A DNA stretch of 64,000 nucleotides, taken from positions 4,736,001-4,800,000 of the forward strand of contig OZ242214.1 of assembly GCA_965206595.1 (NCBI GenBank), read 5' to 3'. The position numbers and the translations under genes were made by a program. Source of the stretch: Candidatus Latescibacterota bacterium. GTDB lineage: Bacteria > Latescibacterota > UBA2968 > UBA8231. Position 1 is the stretch's first letter, and each line of letters opens with the position of its first letter. Under the pieces are notes generated by a model. It was not told where the DNA came from. It ran no database searches and worked only from the letters and a program-made list of their open reading frames with translations. Below are positions 48,836 to 58,901 of this stretch, piece after piece.

Positions 48836-50137
48836 ATGCCATCGATCGTTCTGTTTGCGTGCGCATGGGTGCTAGGCTCGTGCGCATTACCATTTTTCAG
48901 CAGCAAACCGCCCGTGGTGCCGCCTCCCCGCCTGACGGTCGGATTCCACAGCGTCTCCGCGGCGGCCGACCTGGCCTGGGACGCCAGCCCGCAGCAGCGC
49001 TTTCTTCAGTACAGCATCCAGCGCTCCCGCGCCGGGCGGGAGTTCCAGACCATCGCCGCGATCGCCAGCCGCCTCGACACCACCTACCGGGACAGCGGCC
49101 TGCTCGCCAACACCACCTACCGCTATCGCGTCGTCGCCGAACGCATCGGCAAGCCCGGGGCTGACGGGAAGCCCCCCTCCGTCGCCAGCGAGCCGGCCGC
49201 CGGTGGAATTCACCGCCTCGTCAACTCCTGGAGCCTTTCGGGCGATTTCCAGCCCACCCGCATCGCCATCGACCAGCTGGGCATTCTCAACGTCGTCGGC
49301 GCCGGCGCCGGCTGGGTCGAGCGCTTCGACCGCGGCGGCCATTCCCAGGGGCGCTGGCAGTTCGCCGATCTGCCGAACGCCTGCCTCGAAACCGGAACCC
49401 TCGACGGGCCGGCCATCGCCCTCGACGCCGACGGGAACCTGTTCGTCACCTTCAACACTCTTCCCGCGGTGGGGGCGCCGCGCCCGGCTTGGGCGAAGTT
49501 CGACTCCAACGGGAAGCTGTTGTGGACGCGCCCCCTCGAGGGGGTGTTCGCGCGCCACATCGCCGTCGACGGGGAGCGCGTCTTCATCGAGAGCATCAGC
49601 CGGCTGCACCAGTTCTCCACCGACGGCACCCCGGTCATCGAGTACCGCGTGCCGGCTCTCCTGGTCTCGAGCCTGCGCTTCTGGCGCGGCTGGTTCGCCG
49701 CCCTGGTCGAGCCCCTCGACGTCGTCGAAACCGGCTGGCGAGCCCCGCGCCTCGTCCTCTACAGAAGCGCCGAACGAGAGGAGATCGACCTCGTGCTGGG
49801 ACGAGACCCGCTTTCCGACGAGGATCGCGGCGCCGGCCTGCTCTCCCGCCCGAGCGACTTCGCCTTCGACGAAAAGAACAACAGGGTCTACGTCGTCAAC
49901 GCGGGGTTCGGCCGCATCGAGGTCTTCCGGGAAGGGGAGTACCTGACGCGCTGGGCCTCCGGCGGCGAGGACGGGGAGGCCTTCCGCTTCGGCGGCACGG
50001 TCACGGTGGTCGACGATCTCGGCCTCGGCTCGACCACGGGCCGCAAGGTCCTGGCCGGCGGCGTAGCCCTCGACTCCGAGGGCTACATCTACGTCGCCGA
50101 CACCTTCAACAACCGCATCCGGAAGTTCCACCCGTGA
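48836..50137 (+). CDS. Putative lipoprotein with FN3 domain and NHL/beta-propeller repeats
   Basis: LGSC lipobox, YRDSGLLANTTYRYRV (FN3) and GVALDSEGYIYVADTFNNRIRKF (NHL). Confidence 0.8.
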   Translation: MPSIVLFACAWVLGSCALPFFSSKPPVVPPPRLTVGFHSVSAAADLAWDASPQQRFLQYSIQRSRAGREFQTIAAIASRLDTTYRDSGLLANTTYRYRVVAERIGKPGADGKPPSVASEPAAGGIHRLVNSWSLSGDFQPTRIAIDQLGILNVVGAGAGWVERFDRGGHSQGRWQFADLPNACLETGTLDGPAIALDADGNLFVTFNTLPAVGAPRPAWAKFDSNGKLLWTRPLEGVFARHIAVDGERVFIESISRLHQFSTDGTPVIEYRVPALLVSSLRFWRGWFAALVEPLDVVETGWRAPRLVLYRSAEREEIDLVLGRDPLSDEDRGAGLLSRPSDFAFDEKNNRVYVVNAGFGRIEVFREGEYLTRWASGGEDGEAFRFGGTVTVVDDLGLGSTTGRKVLAGGVALDSEGYIYVADTFNNRIRKFHP

Positions 50138-51078
50138 CCCCCCTCCCCCTTGTCGTCGTTGCTGCGGTCTCGGTCTCCTCGCTGGCGCTCCGCGAGCTCG
50201 CCGCCGAGGGCAAGGAGCGCTACGACATGTGGGCGAAGGAAAAGGTCCGCTACTTGGCGGACCGCGTCCGCATGGACCCCCGCAACGCTCAGCTCCGCGT
50301 CCTGCTCGGAAACGCCCTCTACGAGGACGGCCACCATTACGAGGCGGAGTCGCATCTCCAAAAGGCGCTCGAGCTGCAGCCCCGCTATGCCGAGGCCCAC
50401 TGCAATCTCGCGGTGATCCTGCACTCCGAGTCCCGGCTCGGAGAAGCGGAGAGCCATTACCAGGCAGCTCTCGATGTCGACACCTCTCTGGTCGAGGCCA
50501 AGGCAGGCCTGGGGGCGCTGTGGTGCCGGACCAAGCGCCACAACGAGGGGATCGCCCTGCTCGAAATGGTGGTCGCCCTCGATCCGAGCCGCATCAACGC
50601 CCGCTACAACCTCGCGGTGGCGTACCACAAGGTCGGCGACTACGCCAAGGCGATCGCCCACCTCGAGGCGGTCCTGGAGCAGAGTCCCACCTATCCCGGC
50701 GCACGCCGCGGGCTTGCCCAGGCCCGGTTCAGCAGAGGGCTGATCCTCCTCACCGGCAAAAAGCTGCAGGACGCCCTGGTCCAATTCGACGCCGCGGTCG
50801 GCCTGGTGAAGGACGACGCCGACATCTACTACGCCCTGGGGATCGCCCACATGCGGCTCGACCAGCTCGAGCCCGCGGAGCGCGCCTTCACTGCCGCGGT
50901 CGAGCTCGAGGAGGACCACGTTCCGGCGCTGCACAACCTCGGCACGGTGATGGAAAAGGCGGGCCGCAAGACGGAAGCGGAGTACTACTTCATTCAGGTA
51001 CAGGCGCTGACCCCGCACCTGCACACCATCGAGGCGGCGCGCGATGCGACCTACAACGAGGAGTACCTGATGCACTGA
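50134..51078 (+). CDS. Tetratricopeptide repeat protein
   Basis: GTGA overlap; repeated TPR units such as ALELQPRYAEAHCNLA and ARYNLAVAYHKVGDYAKA. Confidence 0.88.
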   Translation: MTPLPLVVVAAVSVSSLALRELAAEGKERYDMWAKEKVRYLADRVRMDPRNAQLRVLLGNALYEDGHHYEAESHLQKALELQPRYAEAHCNLAVILHSESRLGEAESHYQAALDVDTSLVEAKAGLGALWCRTKRHNEGIALLEMVVALDPSRINARYNLAVAYHKVGDYAKAIAHLEAVLEQSPTYPGARRGLAQARFSRGLILLTGKKLQDALVQFDAAVGLVKDDADIYYALGIAHMRLDQLEPAERAFTAAVELEEDHVPALHNLGTVMEKAGRKTEAEYYFIQVQALTPHLHTIEAARDATYNEEYLMH

Positions 51079-51103
51079 GGCGGATCCGGCTGCAACAGGT
51101 TCG

Positions 51104-51132
51104 TTGACTTCGCGATAGGCATTCCGTAACCT
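51104..51132 (+). promoter_or_regulatory. Sigma70-type promoter upstream of the infA leader
   Basis: TTGACT-17bp-TAACCT. Confidence 0.65.
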
Positions 51133-51210
51133 TAACCGGTCTTGAAAAACAGGATCGACAAGCAAGGCATTTTATGACTCTCTGAGATTCCGGCGGGCTG
51201 TGGGAAACGC

Positions 51211-51262
51211 AAGCGAGCGAAGCTTCCGGGAAAGGAAGCCTCGGCTCGCTTTTTTTATTTTT
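51211..51262 (+). terminator. Intrinsic-terminator-like hairpin with T-tract in the infA leader
   Basis: AAGCGAGC..GCTTCC-GGGAAA-GGAAGC..GCTCGCTT followed by a T-rich tract. Confidence 0.75.
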
Positions 51263-51311
51263 GTGGACCGTCCCGAAATGGAATCTTCGAGTTACCGATC
51301 TGCGGGAGTTC

Positions 51312-51530
51312 ATGGCCAAGGAAGACGCGATAGAAGTCCAAGCCGTTGTCAAAAAGGCCCTGCCCAACGGCTTCTTCAAGGTCGAGATGGAGAACGGTCA
51401 CGAGATCCTGGCGCACATCTCGGGGAAGATGCGGAAGTACTACATTCGCGTCCTGCCCGGTGACCAGGTGACCGTCGCCCTGTCTCCCTACGACCTGACG
51501 CGGGGACGCATCACGTTTCGCAATCGCTGA
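51312..51530 (+). CDS. infA: Translation initiation factor IF-1
   Basis: [37 protein letters not shown]. Confidence 0.98.
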   Translation: MAKEDAIEVQAVVKKALPNGFFKVEMENGHEILAHISGKMRKYYIRVLPGDQVTVALSPYDLTRGRITFRNR

Positions 51531-51547
51531 GCCTCCCAGGAGCTGCG

Positions 51548-53104
51548 ATGGGCGAATACAAGGCTTGGCCGTTCCGGGAAGCGGGCCGGATCGCCCGCCG
51601 CGACCCCTGGAAGCCGGGTGCGGTTTTCCAGACCGGGTTCGGGCCCAGCGGCTTTCCCCATGTGGGCCACTTCTCCGAGGTCGCCCGCACCACCTGGGTC
51701 CGCAACGCCTACCAACATCAGTACGAAAAACCGACCATCCTGATCTGCTTCAGCGACGACATGGACGGGCTGCGCAAGGTTCCGCCCAACCTGCCGCAGC
51801 CCGACATGCTGGCCGCCAACCTCGGGCGGCCGCTGCACGCGGTACCGGATCCCTTCGGCTGCTGCTCGAGCTTCAGCGACCACATGAACCTGAAGCTGCG
51901 CGAGTTCCTCCACTCGTACGGCTTCGACTACGATATCCGAAGCTCGCGCGACGCCTACGCCAGCGGGGTGTTCGACAAAGGGCTCTCGGTGCTGCTCGCA
52001 AAGGTCGACGAAGTCAAAGAGGTGATACTCCCCACCCTCCGCGAGGAGAACCGCGAGCACTGGTCCCCCTTCTTCCCGGTCTGCCCCGGCTGCGGCTCGA
52101 TCAACGCGACGCGGGTGACCTCCTACCGTCCGGACCGCGACAGCGTCGGTTTCGCCTGCGACATCCGCACCGACAGGTACCGCGGCTGCGGCGAGAGCGG
52201 CGAGCAGTCGGTTCTCGGGGGCCTGGCGAAGGTCGGCTGGAAGGTCGACTGGGCCCTGCGTTGGTACGCCTACGAGGTCGACTACGAGATGTCGGGAAAG
52301 GACCTGGTCGACTCGGTGAGGCTGTCCGGGCGCATAGTGCGCATCATGGGGAAGCAGCCGCCCGCGGGAATGACGATCGAGATGTTCCTCGACGAGGAGG
52401 GACGCCGGATCTCCAGCAGCGCCGGAAGGATGGGGGTCACCGTCGACGAGTGGTCGCAGTACGCGCCGCTCGAATCCCTGCTCTTCTTCCTGTACCAGAA
52501 TCCCCAGCGCGCCAAACGCCTGCACTGGGGCATCGTGCCCAAGTGCGTCGACGACTACCTCGCCGCCCTGCGCTCCTACCCGGAGATCCCCGGGGAGGAG
52601 CGCCCCGAGAGCGAGTTGTGGCACATCCACGGCAAGGGGGAAGGCGTGCCGCGGTACGGCTCCGGCGTCGACTCGACAACGGTCAACAACCTGATATCGG
52701 CGCTGGGGATCGACTCGACCGGGCTGCTCAAGGAGTACCTGCGGCGCTACGACTCCACCGTCGCCGACAACGAAGCGGTAGTCGAGGAATTGATCGACAA
52801 GGGGATGAACTACTACAAGGACCGCGTCCTTCCCGGCAAGAAGTACCGGGCGCCGTCGCCGGAGGAGCGGGGGCTGCTGGCCGAAATCCGGGTGCAGCTA
52901 TCCCGCTGCGAGAACGGGGACGAGGAAACCTGGCAGGCGATCCCCTTCGAGGTGGCTCGCGCCGCCGGCAAGGAGCCGAAGGAGCTGTTCCGCGCCTTCT
53001 ACGAGGTCCTGCTCGGGCAGGAGCGGGGGCCGCGGTTCGGGTCCTTCGTCAGCCTGGTCGGGAAAGAGCGCGTCCTCGAGATGCTGGCGGAGAAGACCGT
53101 CTGA
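51548..53104 (+). CDS. lysS: Class I lysyl-tRNA synthetase
   Basis: AWPFREA, TGFGPSGFPHVG, SDDMDGLRKVP, WKVDWALRW and GQERGPRFGSF. Confidence 0.95.
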   Translation: MGEYKAWPFREAGRIARRDPWKPGAVFQTGFGPSGFPHVGHFSEVARTTWVRNAYQHQYEKPTILICFSDDMDGLRKVPPNLPQPDMLAANLGRPLHAVPDPFGCCSSFSDHMNLKLREFLHSYGFDYDIRSSRDAYASGVFDKGLSVLLAKVDEVKEVILPTLREENREHWSPFFPVCPGCGSINATRVTSYRPDRDSVGFACDIRTDRYRGCGESGEQSVLGGLAKVGWKVDWALRWYAYEVDYEMSGKDLVDSVRLSGRIVRIMGKQPPAGMTIEMFLDEEGRRISSSAGRMGVTVDEWSQYAPLESLLFFLYQNPQRAKRLHWGIVPKCVDDYLAALRSYPEIPGEERPESELWHIHGKGEGVPRYGSGVDSTTVNNLISALGIDSTGLLKEYLRRYDSTVADNEAVVEELIDKGMNYYKDRVLPGKKYRAPSPEERGLLAEIRVQLSRCENGDEETWQAIPFEVARAAGKEPKELFRAFYEVLLGQERGPRFGSFVSLVGKERVLEMLAEKTV

Positions 53105-53127
53105 CCCCGGGGGCCGGCCGCAAGCGG

Positions 53128-53508
53128 TCAGACGGAGCGGACGCGCCGCATGCGCCGGCGCACCTGCCGCCGGACGATCTCCTTGAGAACGCCGCGCGTG
53201 CCGGGCAGAAGGGCGGCGAAGCCGATGATGTCGGTTAGGAAGCCGGGCGTCAGCAGCAGCAGTCCCCCCATCAGGATCAGCACCCCATCGAAGATCTCGT
53301 CTCCGGGAAAGGCGGCGCCGGAGGCGGCACGCATCAGGCGGCGCAGGGCCAGCAGACCCTGGCTGCGGGCCAGCAGCGCCCCGGCGGCCCCGGTCGCGAC
53401 GACGATGGCGATCGTCGGCAGGACGCCGAGGCTCTGTCCGACCCGGATCAACAGGGCCAGCTCGACGACCGGGGTCACCGTGAAAACCAGGAAGAGCCGC
53501 CACCACAT
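53128..53508 (-). CDS. fxsA: FxsA-family membrane protein
   Basis: PVVELALLI..ARSQG..GGLLLLTPGFLTDIIG. Confidence 0.9.
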   Translation of the reverse strand: MWWRLFLVFTVTPVVELALLIRVGQSLGVLPTIAIVVATGAAGALLARSQGLLALRRLMRAASGAAFPGDEIFDGVLILMGGLLLLTPGFLTDIIGFAALLPGTRGVLKEIVRRQVRRRMRRVRSV

Positions 53509-53568
53509 GGGGCGGGCAATATACCCGGAGGTCGGAACCCTGTCGACGGCCGCTTCCCCGGTTACGGA

Positions 53569-53737
53569 CAGGTTATGAAGTTGCCCTGAAGCCGGGCCTA
53601 GCCATCCCGTAGGATCGGAACGCTCTTCGAGCGCTTCAGGGAAACGGCGAAGCCGTTCCCGACACGAACCCTTCGGGTTCGCGGCATCGAGGGCCGACCA
53701 CGGCCTGGGTGGACCATTTCAACGGGCTGAAATGTCC
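53569..53737. other. Highly structured intergenic element (MITE/REP-like or ncRNA)
   Basis: Consecutive stems: CCCTGAAGC/GCTTCAGGG, GCTC-TTC-GAGC, AACGGC-GAA-GCCGTT, CGAACCC-TTC-GGGTTCG and CATTTCA/TGAAATG. Confidence 0.5.
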
Positions 53738-53777
53738 TGCCCCGGACAGGTGGAACGGGTTTTGCCTCTGACCCGGG

Positions 53778-56180
53778 GTGCTGACAGCCATCTTCCGGGG
53801 CCGGCGCCCGGCCCTGTGGGCAGCGTTGGCCTGCGCCGCGGGTATCCTCGCCGGCTCCGAAGCTCCCTTCTCCTGCGAACACTGGACGGTCGCCGCGGCC
53901 GCTGCCTTCGCCGCCGTCCTCCTGGCCCGGTACACCGGTTGGGCGGAAACGGCCCCCTGCGTCTGCTGCTGCCTGCTGCTGACGGCCTGTCTCGGGGCTG
54001 CGCGTTACCGCGCCGCTACGGAACTGTTACCGGCCGACCACGTTTCGAGATCGGAGCTGTTCGGCGAGCGCCTCCGACTGCGCGGGGCCCTGGCATCCGA
54101 TCCCGAGGTCGGCGGCGAGCGCACCCGCTTCGCCGTCGACCTGTCCGCAGTCGAGCTCGATAAGGGGCGGGTGCGGGCCTCGGGGCGGGTGCTGATCGTG
54201 TCCGCCGTCCCCGTTGCCGCCGACTACGCCGACAGTGTGGTCCTGGACCTGCGCCTGCGGCGTCCCTCGCCGGCGCGCAATCCCGCGGCCTTCGACTACC
54301 GCGCCTTTCTGCAGCAGCGGGATATCCATGCTGTCGCCTCGGTTCGGCGCCGGGACCAGGTGCTGGAGACCGCCCCCCGCACCGGGGCCTGGCTCCAGGA
54401 GCGGGTGCTGCGGCCCGCACGCACCGCCATCAGGGAGGCGATCGAGGCCAACCTGTCCGGGGCCCCCGCCGGCCTGCTCCTCGGCATGCTGCTCGGCGAG
54501 AAATACCGCATACCGGCCGAACTCAAAGACCTGTTCCGCAGCACCGGACTGGCGCACGCCCTGGTGGTCAGCGGGCTCCACGTCGGCCTGATCGCGCTGT
54601 TCTTCCTCTTCGGCCTGCGCACCTGCCGCCTGCCCGACCGGGCCGCCGCGCTCGCCACCACCGCGGTCCTGGCCCTCTACGCCCTGATTACCGATCTGCA
54701 GCCCCCGGTAGTGCGCGCCGCGATCATGGCCGGGGTGGTGCTCGTCGGGCGCGCCCTCGACCGCCAGGGGGACGTCTACAACTCTCTCGGTCTGGCAGCC
54801 CTCATCATCCTGCTGGCGTGGCCCGCCAGCCTGCTCTCCCTCAGCTTCCAGCTTTCGTTCGCCGCGACCCTGTCGATCGTCGGCCTGCACGGGAACCTCA
54901 CCGCCCTCTTCCCCTCCCGCTGGCGCTCGGAGGAGAGCGCCGCCGGCAAGTGGCTCGTCGCCCCTCTCTGCGTCTCCATCGCCGCCCAGGCCGGCACGAG
55001 CCCGTTGATCGCCTACCACTTCCAGCACTTCGCGCCGGTGTCGCTGCTGGCCAATCTCGCCGTCGTGCCGCTGCTGACCGCGGCCCTCGCCATGGGGGTC
55101 GCCGCCGCCCTGACCGGCTGGTGGCTGCCGGCCGCGGCCACCGCGTTCAACGCCTGCGGCTATCTCGCCCTGAAAGGGATGATGGGAGCGGTCGAGCTGT
55201 TCGCCAGCCTGCCGTACGCCTCGGTGACGACGCCGAGACCCTCCCTGCCGGCGCTGGTGACCGCCGCCTTCCTGACCTTTCTCCTCACTCACTGGCGGGA
55301 CCACGCCGGGGCCCGCAAGCTGATCCTCTTCACCCTCCTGATCGCCGCCAACGCCGCGGCCTGGGGAGCCGCTCTCGAACGCCGCGAGGTCGAGATCTGC
55401 TTCCTCGACGTCGGCCAGGGGGACGCCGCCTTCCTGCGCTTCCCGAACGGCCGCTCCATGCTCATCGACGGCGGCAGCCGCAGCTTCCGTTTCGACTACG
55501 GGCAGCGGGTGCTGTTGCCGTTTCTCAAGGCCCACAACGTCGGCACTGTCGACGCGATGGTGGTGTCGCATCCGCACCTCGACCATATCGGCGGCCTGGT
55601 CACGGTGCTGGAGCAGCTAGAAGTGCGCCACCTGCTGGACGCCGGCCAGAGCTACGACTCGTGGGCGGCGCAGCGGCTGCGCGAGCTCGCCGCCGCGAAG
55701 GGGACCCGCTATCACCGCGTCGCCGCCGGCGACAGCATCGCAGGACTGGGCGGAGCCGGCATGCTGGTCCTGCACCCGACGCCGGAGTTCGTCGACGCCG
55801 GGGGGGCCTCTCCGCACGGACTGAACAACGGCTCGGTGGTGCTGCTCCTGACCTACGGAGGGCACCGCTTCCTGTTCACCGGCGACGCCGAACGCGCCGC
55901 GGATCTGGCGCTGGCGAGGTGGGGGGAGCGGCTGCAGGCGGACCTCCTGAAGGTCGGACACCACGGTTCCGACACCTCGACCCACCCGGCGCTGCTCGCC
56001 TGGGTCAGCCCCGAGGTGGCAGTGATCTCCGCCGGGGAGTTCAACAAGTTCGGCCACCCGTCGGAAGAGGTGCTGGCGCTCCTGACAAGCCGCGGGACGA
56101 CGGTGCTGCGCACCGATCTTCGGGGCGCAGCCATCGTCACCTCGGACGGCAGACGGCTCCGCTTGCGGACCATGATGTGA
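53778..56180 (+). CDS. comEC: DNA uptake protein ComEC/Rec2
   Basis: RNPAAFDY, GLAHALVVSGLHVG, SFQLSF, FLDVGQGDA, SHPHLDHIGG, LKVGHHGS and NKFGHP. Confidence 0.95.
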   Translation: MLTAIFRGRRPALWAALACAAGILAGSEAPFSCEHWTVAAAAAFAAVLLARYTGWAETAPCVCCCLLLTACLGAARYRAATELLPADHVSRSELFGERLRLRGALASDPEVGGERTRFAVDLSAVELDKGRVRASGRVLIVSAVPVAADYADSVVLDLRLRRPSPARNPAAFDYRAFLQQRDIHAVASVRRRDQVLETAPRTGAWLQERVLRPARTAIREAIEANLSGAPAGLLLGMLLGEKYRIPAELKDLFRSTGLAHALVVSGLHVGLIALFFLFGLRTCRLPDRAAALATTAVLALYALITDLQPPVVRAAIMAGVVLVGRALDRQGDVYNSLGLAALIILLAWPASLLSLSFQLSFAATLSIVGLHGNLTALFPSRWRSEESAAGKWLVAPLCVSIAAQAGTSPLIAYHFQHFAPVSLLANLAVVPLLTAALAMGVAAALTGWWLPAAATAFNACGYLALKGMMGAVELFASLPYASVTTPRPSLPALVTAAFLTFLLTHWRDHAGARKLILFTLLIAANAAAWGAALERREVEICFLDVGQGDAAFLRFPNGRSMLIDGGSRSFRFDYGQRVLLPFLKAHNVGTVDAMVVSHPHLDHIGGLVTVLEQLEVRHLLDAGQSYDSWAAQRLRELAAAKGTRYHRVAAGDSIAGLGGAGMLVLHPTPEFVDAGGASPHGLNNGSVVLLLTYGGHRFLFTGDAERAADLALARWGERLQADLLKVGHHGSDTSTHPALLAWVSPEVAVISAGEFNKFGHPSEEVLALLTSRGTTVLRTDLRGAAIVTSDGRRLRLRTMM

Positions 56181-56509
56181 GGCGACCGCCCGGTGTTGTG
56201 CGGCGAACGAGAAGCAACCCCGGGAGTCCGGGGAAAGTGGAGCGCGAGCCGGGAGCACCTCGCCGGCAGTCTCCCTCTCTCCCGAGCGTTCAGGCGCCCC
56301 GGCGCTTGCGCCGAGGCCGCTTCCTTCGGCGTTCATCCCTCCCAGGTGATGACCAGCAGACAAGGGAGCTGCTGACGACGAACGACCGCCGGTGGCGGTG
56401 CAGCTTTCGCTGACACGGACAGACCGCGGAGAACCCGCGATTCCATGCACACCTGGCACCCGGCGCGGTAATCGGGAACATCCGCGATGCCCCCGGCCAA
56501 CCGCGGCTG

Positions 56510-57697
56510 CTACCGGTCCCTGCGTTCCAGCACGTAGACGCGCGGATAGATACCCCCGGTCTCGACGACGCGGACGTGAACTTTTCTGAACAGCCGCAGG
56601 CCGCGGTTGGCGCGGTCGATGGCGCCGCGCTTCCAGGCAATCAGGACGAGCCGCCCTCCCGGGAGCAGCACCTCGGCCGCCTGCTCGAGGAAGCGCCGGT
56701 AGAACCGGACGAAGTCCATGCCGCGGCCCTGGCGCACTCCGTACGGCGGGTTTGTGACGATCGCCTGGAAGCGGGTGCTGCCGTACTCCTCCCCCATTGT
56801 GCACGCGTCGCACCGGCGCAGTCTCAACCTGCCGGAGGCGACCAGGGCTCCGAGGTTGTCCGCGGCCCCGGCGATCACCTTCTCGGAGTAGTCGCTGCCG
56901 AACAGCTTCATCCCCGGGAAACACCGGGAGGCCTCCCACAGGATGGTGCCGGAACCGCAGAACGGATCGAGCAGCGGTCCTCCGTCCCCCCGCAGGCGGG
57001 CTAGATGAATCAGGGCGAAGGCGACGTTGGGCCGCAGCGAGGTACGCGCGGAGAAGGGGCGCAGGCGCCGGTCGCTCAGGGGGCTCCGCGTGAGCTGCAG
57101 CCCGACGACGCAGATCGACCCGAAAAGGTCGACGCGCACGTTGCAGTCGAACCCGGTCAGGTCGACCATGGCCCCGTAGCGCTCGACCAGGGCCGCCCCT
57201 GCCCGCCGCTGCACGTCGAGGCGCGTGAAGGGGTGGTCGCCGCTGCGTTTCGTGGTCACGCGAAAGGAGCGGGATTTCTCCATCCCGGGAATCCCGCGGC
57301 CGGCTACCTGCGAGTAGATCTCCTCGAGACCGCGCTCGCCTGCGGCCGGCTCCTCCTGCGTCGGGACCCCTGCCGGGATTTCGAAGCTGTAGAGAGGTTG
57401 CACCACGTGATGGGCGGAACGGGACTCCAGGACCAGGTCCCACAGGCCGGCGCCGGAACCGCCTTGCGCTTCCCCCTGCCCGCGTTCGCCATCCGGCACC
57501 AGGGCGAGGACGTGCCCGCCGAACCCGAACGGCTCGAGGTCGAACCGAGGCGCCGGAAAGCCGGCTGCCGCAAGGAGGCCGGCAAACTCGTCGGCGACGA
57601 TGTCTTCCAGGCCGGGGTTGGTGGTGAACAGGACCGCGGTTTCGCCGCCGTCCGGGTCCATCCCGTTCCCTTCGAGACGGGGGCGCGCCTCGGGCAT
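56510..57697 (-). CDS. THUMP-domain SAM-dependent RNA methyltransferase (TrmN/Trm14-like)
   Basis: TTNPGLED, SFRVTTKRSGDH, LLDPFCGSGTI and IVTNPPYG. Confidence 0.88.
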   Translation of the reverse strand: MPEARPRLEGNGMDPDGGETAVLFTTNPGLEDIVADEFAGLLAAAGFPAPRFDLEPFGFGGHVLALVPDGERGQGEAQGGSGAGLWDLVLESRSAHHVVQPLYSFEIPAGVPTQEEPAAGERGLEEIYSQVAGRGIPGMEKSRSFRVTTKRSGDHPFTRLDVQRRAGAALVERYGAMVDLTGFDCNVRVDLFGSICVVGLQLTRSPLSDRRLRPFSARTSLRPNVAFALIHLARLRGDGGPLLDPFCGSGTILWEASRCFPGMKLFGSDYSEKVIAGAADNLGALVASGRLRLRRCDACTMGEEYGSTRFQAIVTNPPYGVRQGRGMDFVRFYRRFLEQAAEVLLPGGRLVLIAWKRGAIDRANRGLRLFRKVHVRVVETGGIYPRVYVLERRDR

Positions 57698-57704
57698 GCG
57701 AGGA

Positions 57705-58901
57705 TCACCAGGCGGCGGCCGGCACCGCGAGCAGCGGCACCAGCATCTCCTCGGCCGTCATCCCCCCGTGAGAGCCGCGCTGGGTGTGAATTCCCGACCC
57801 GAAGTCGTAGACAAGCTGGATGGTGTCCCCCGGCAGCGAGACGACGTCGCCGAGGCGGGAACGGAACCTGCCGCAATCTCCCCCGAACCAGCCGCGGGCG
57901 ACCGCCTCGTCACTGTACACCCAGTCGACGTCCGGGTGCGCCAGGAAGTCGCTGCCCACCAGCTTCCCCAAGTCGTCGGCGGCAAGGTACCAGGCCCTGC
58001 GGCCGCCGCCCGGGGGGTAGCGCAGCGCCTCCGCCGCGGGCCCTTCCAGGAGCAAGGCATTCTCCGGGTCGAGCAGCACCTGGCCGTGATCGGCGGTAAC
58101 TACCAGCGAGCAGCCGTGGCCTCGGCAGACCTCGGCGATGTGGCCGATCATCAGGTCGATGAACTCGAACTCCAGCAGGCAGGCGCGCGATTCTTCCCTC
58201 GTCGAGACCGGGCCGTACTGGTGGGCGAGGGTGTCGATCATCGGCCAGTAGAGGAAGTGGAAGCTGCGGCCGACGCTCTTCTCCAGGCAGGTTTCAAGCA
58301 GGTGCGGGAGCTCGGACTGCGCGCGGTATCCCAGGTAGGTGGCGCCCCTGCTCAGAAGCCCGGTGAACGCCGTTCCTTCGTAGTCCGCGGAGCTGATGAG
58401 GTTCGAGGAGACGCCCGCGGCGGCGAGCAGCTCGTAGACCGTCGGCACGGCGCGAACCACCTCTTCGTCGAACGCCTCCGGCGGCTCCGAGCCGCTGGTG
58501 AACCGCAGCATGTTGCAAAGGCTTCCCCGCTCCTCGAGCCAGAGCCGGTGGCCGAGCATCCCGTGATCGCAGGGAGCCCGCGCGTTGCTGAGCGAGGTCA
58601 GGGCGGCCGTCGTCGTCGAGGGAAAGACCGAGGTGAGCTGCCGCAGACCTCCCGGAGCGGCCTCGGCGAGGCGGCAGAGATTCGGGGTGCGCCCCGCCTC
58701 CATGGCGCGCTGCAGCTGGTGCAGGCCGGCGGCGTCGCAGACCACCAGCGCGACATCCCCCCCGGCGGCAAGCGCTTCCGCGGGAAGCAGGCCGTCCCGG
58801 CAACAGGGGGCCGGAGGCTCGACTCCGAAAGCGGCCACCAGCGACGCGGCCAGGTTGACTATGCTGCCGCCGCCGTAGTCGGGTGCGACCCGCTCACTCA
58901 C
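57705..58901 (-). CDS. Alkaline phosphatase superfamily / nucleotide pyrophosphatase-like protein
   Basis: LTSVFPSTT, DTLAHQYG, VTADHG and GSHGGMTAEEMLVP. Confidence 0.9.
   Translation of the reverse strand: MSERVAPDYGGGSIVNLAASLVAAFGVEPPAPCCRDGLLPAEALAAGGDVALVVCDAAGLHQLQRAMEAGRTPNLCRLAEAAPGGLRQLTSVFPSTTTAALTSLSNARAPCDHGMLGHRLWLEERGSLCNMLRFTSGSEPPEAFDEEVVRAVPTVYELLAAAGVSSNLISSADYEGTAFTGLLSRGATYLGYRAQSELPHLLETCLEKSVGRSFHFLYWPMIDTLAHQYGPVSTREESRACLLEFEFIDLMIGHIAEVCRGHGCSLVVTADHGQVLLDPENALLLEGPAAEALRYPPGGGRRAWYLAADDLGKLVGSDFLAHPDVDWVYSDEAVARGWFGGDCGRFRSRLGDVVSLPGDTIQLVYDFGSGIHTQRGSHGGMTAEEMLVPLLAVPAAAW

Noticed and set aside
57705-58901. BREX PglZ
   Set aside because: Stand-alone phosphodiesterase-family size and no brx genes nearby.
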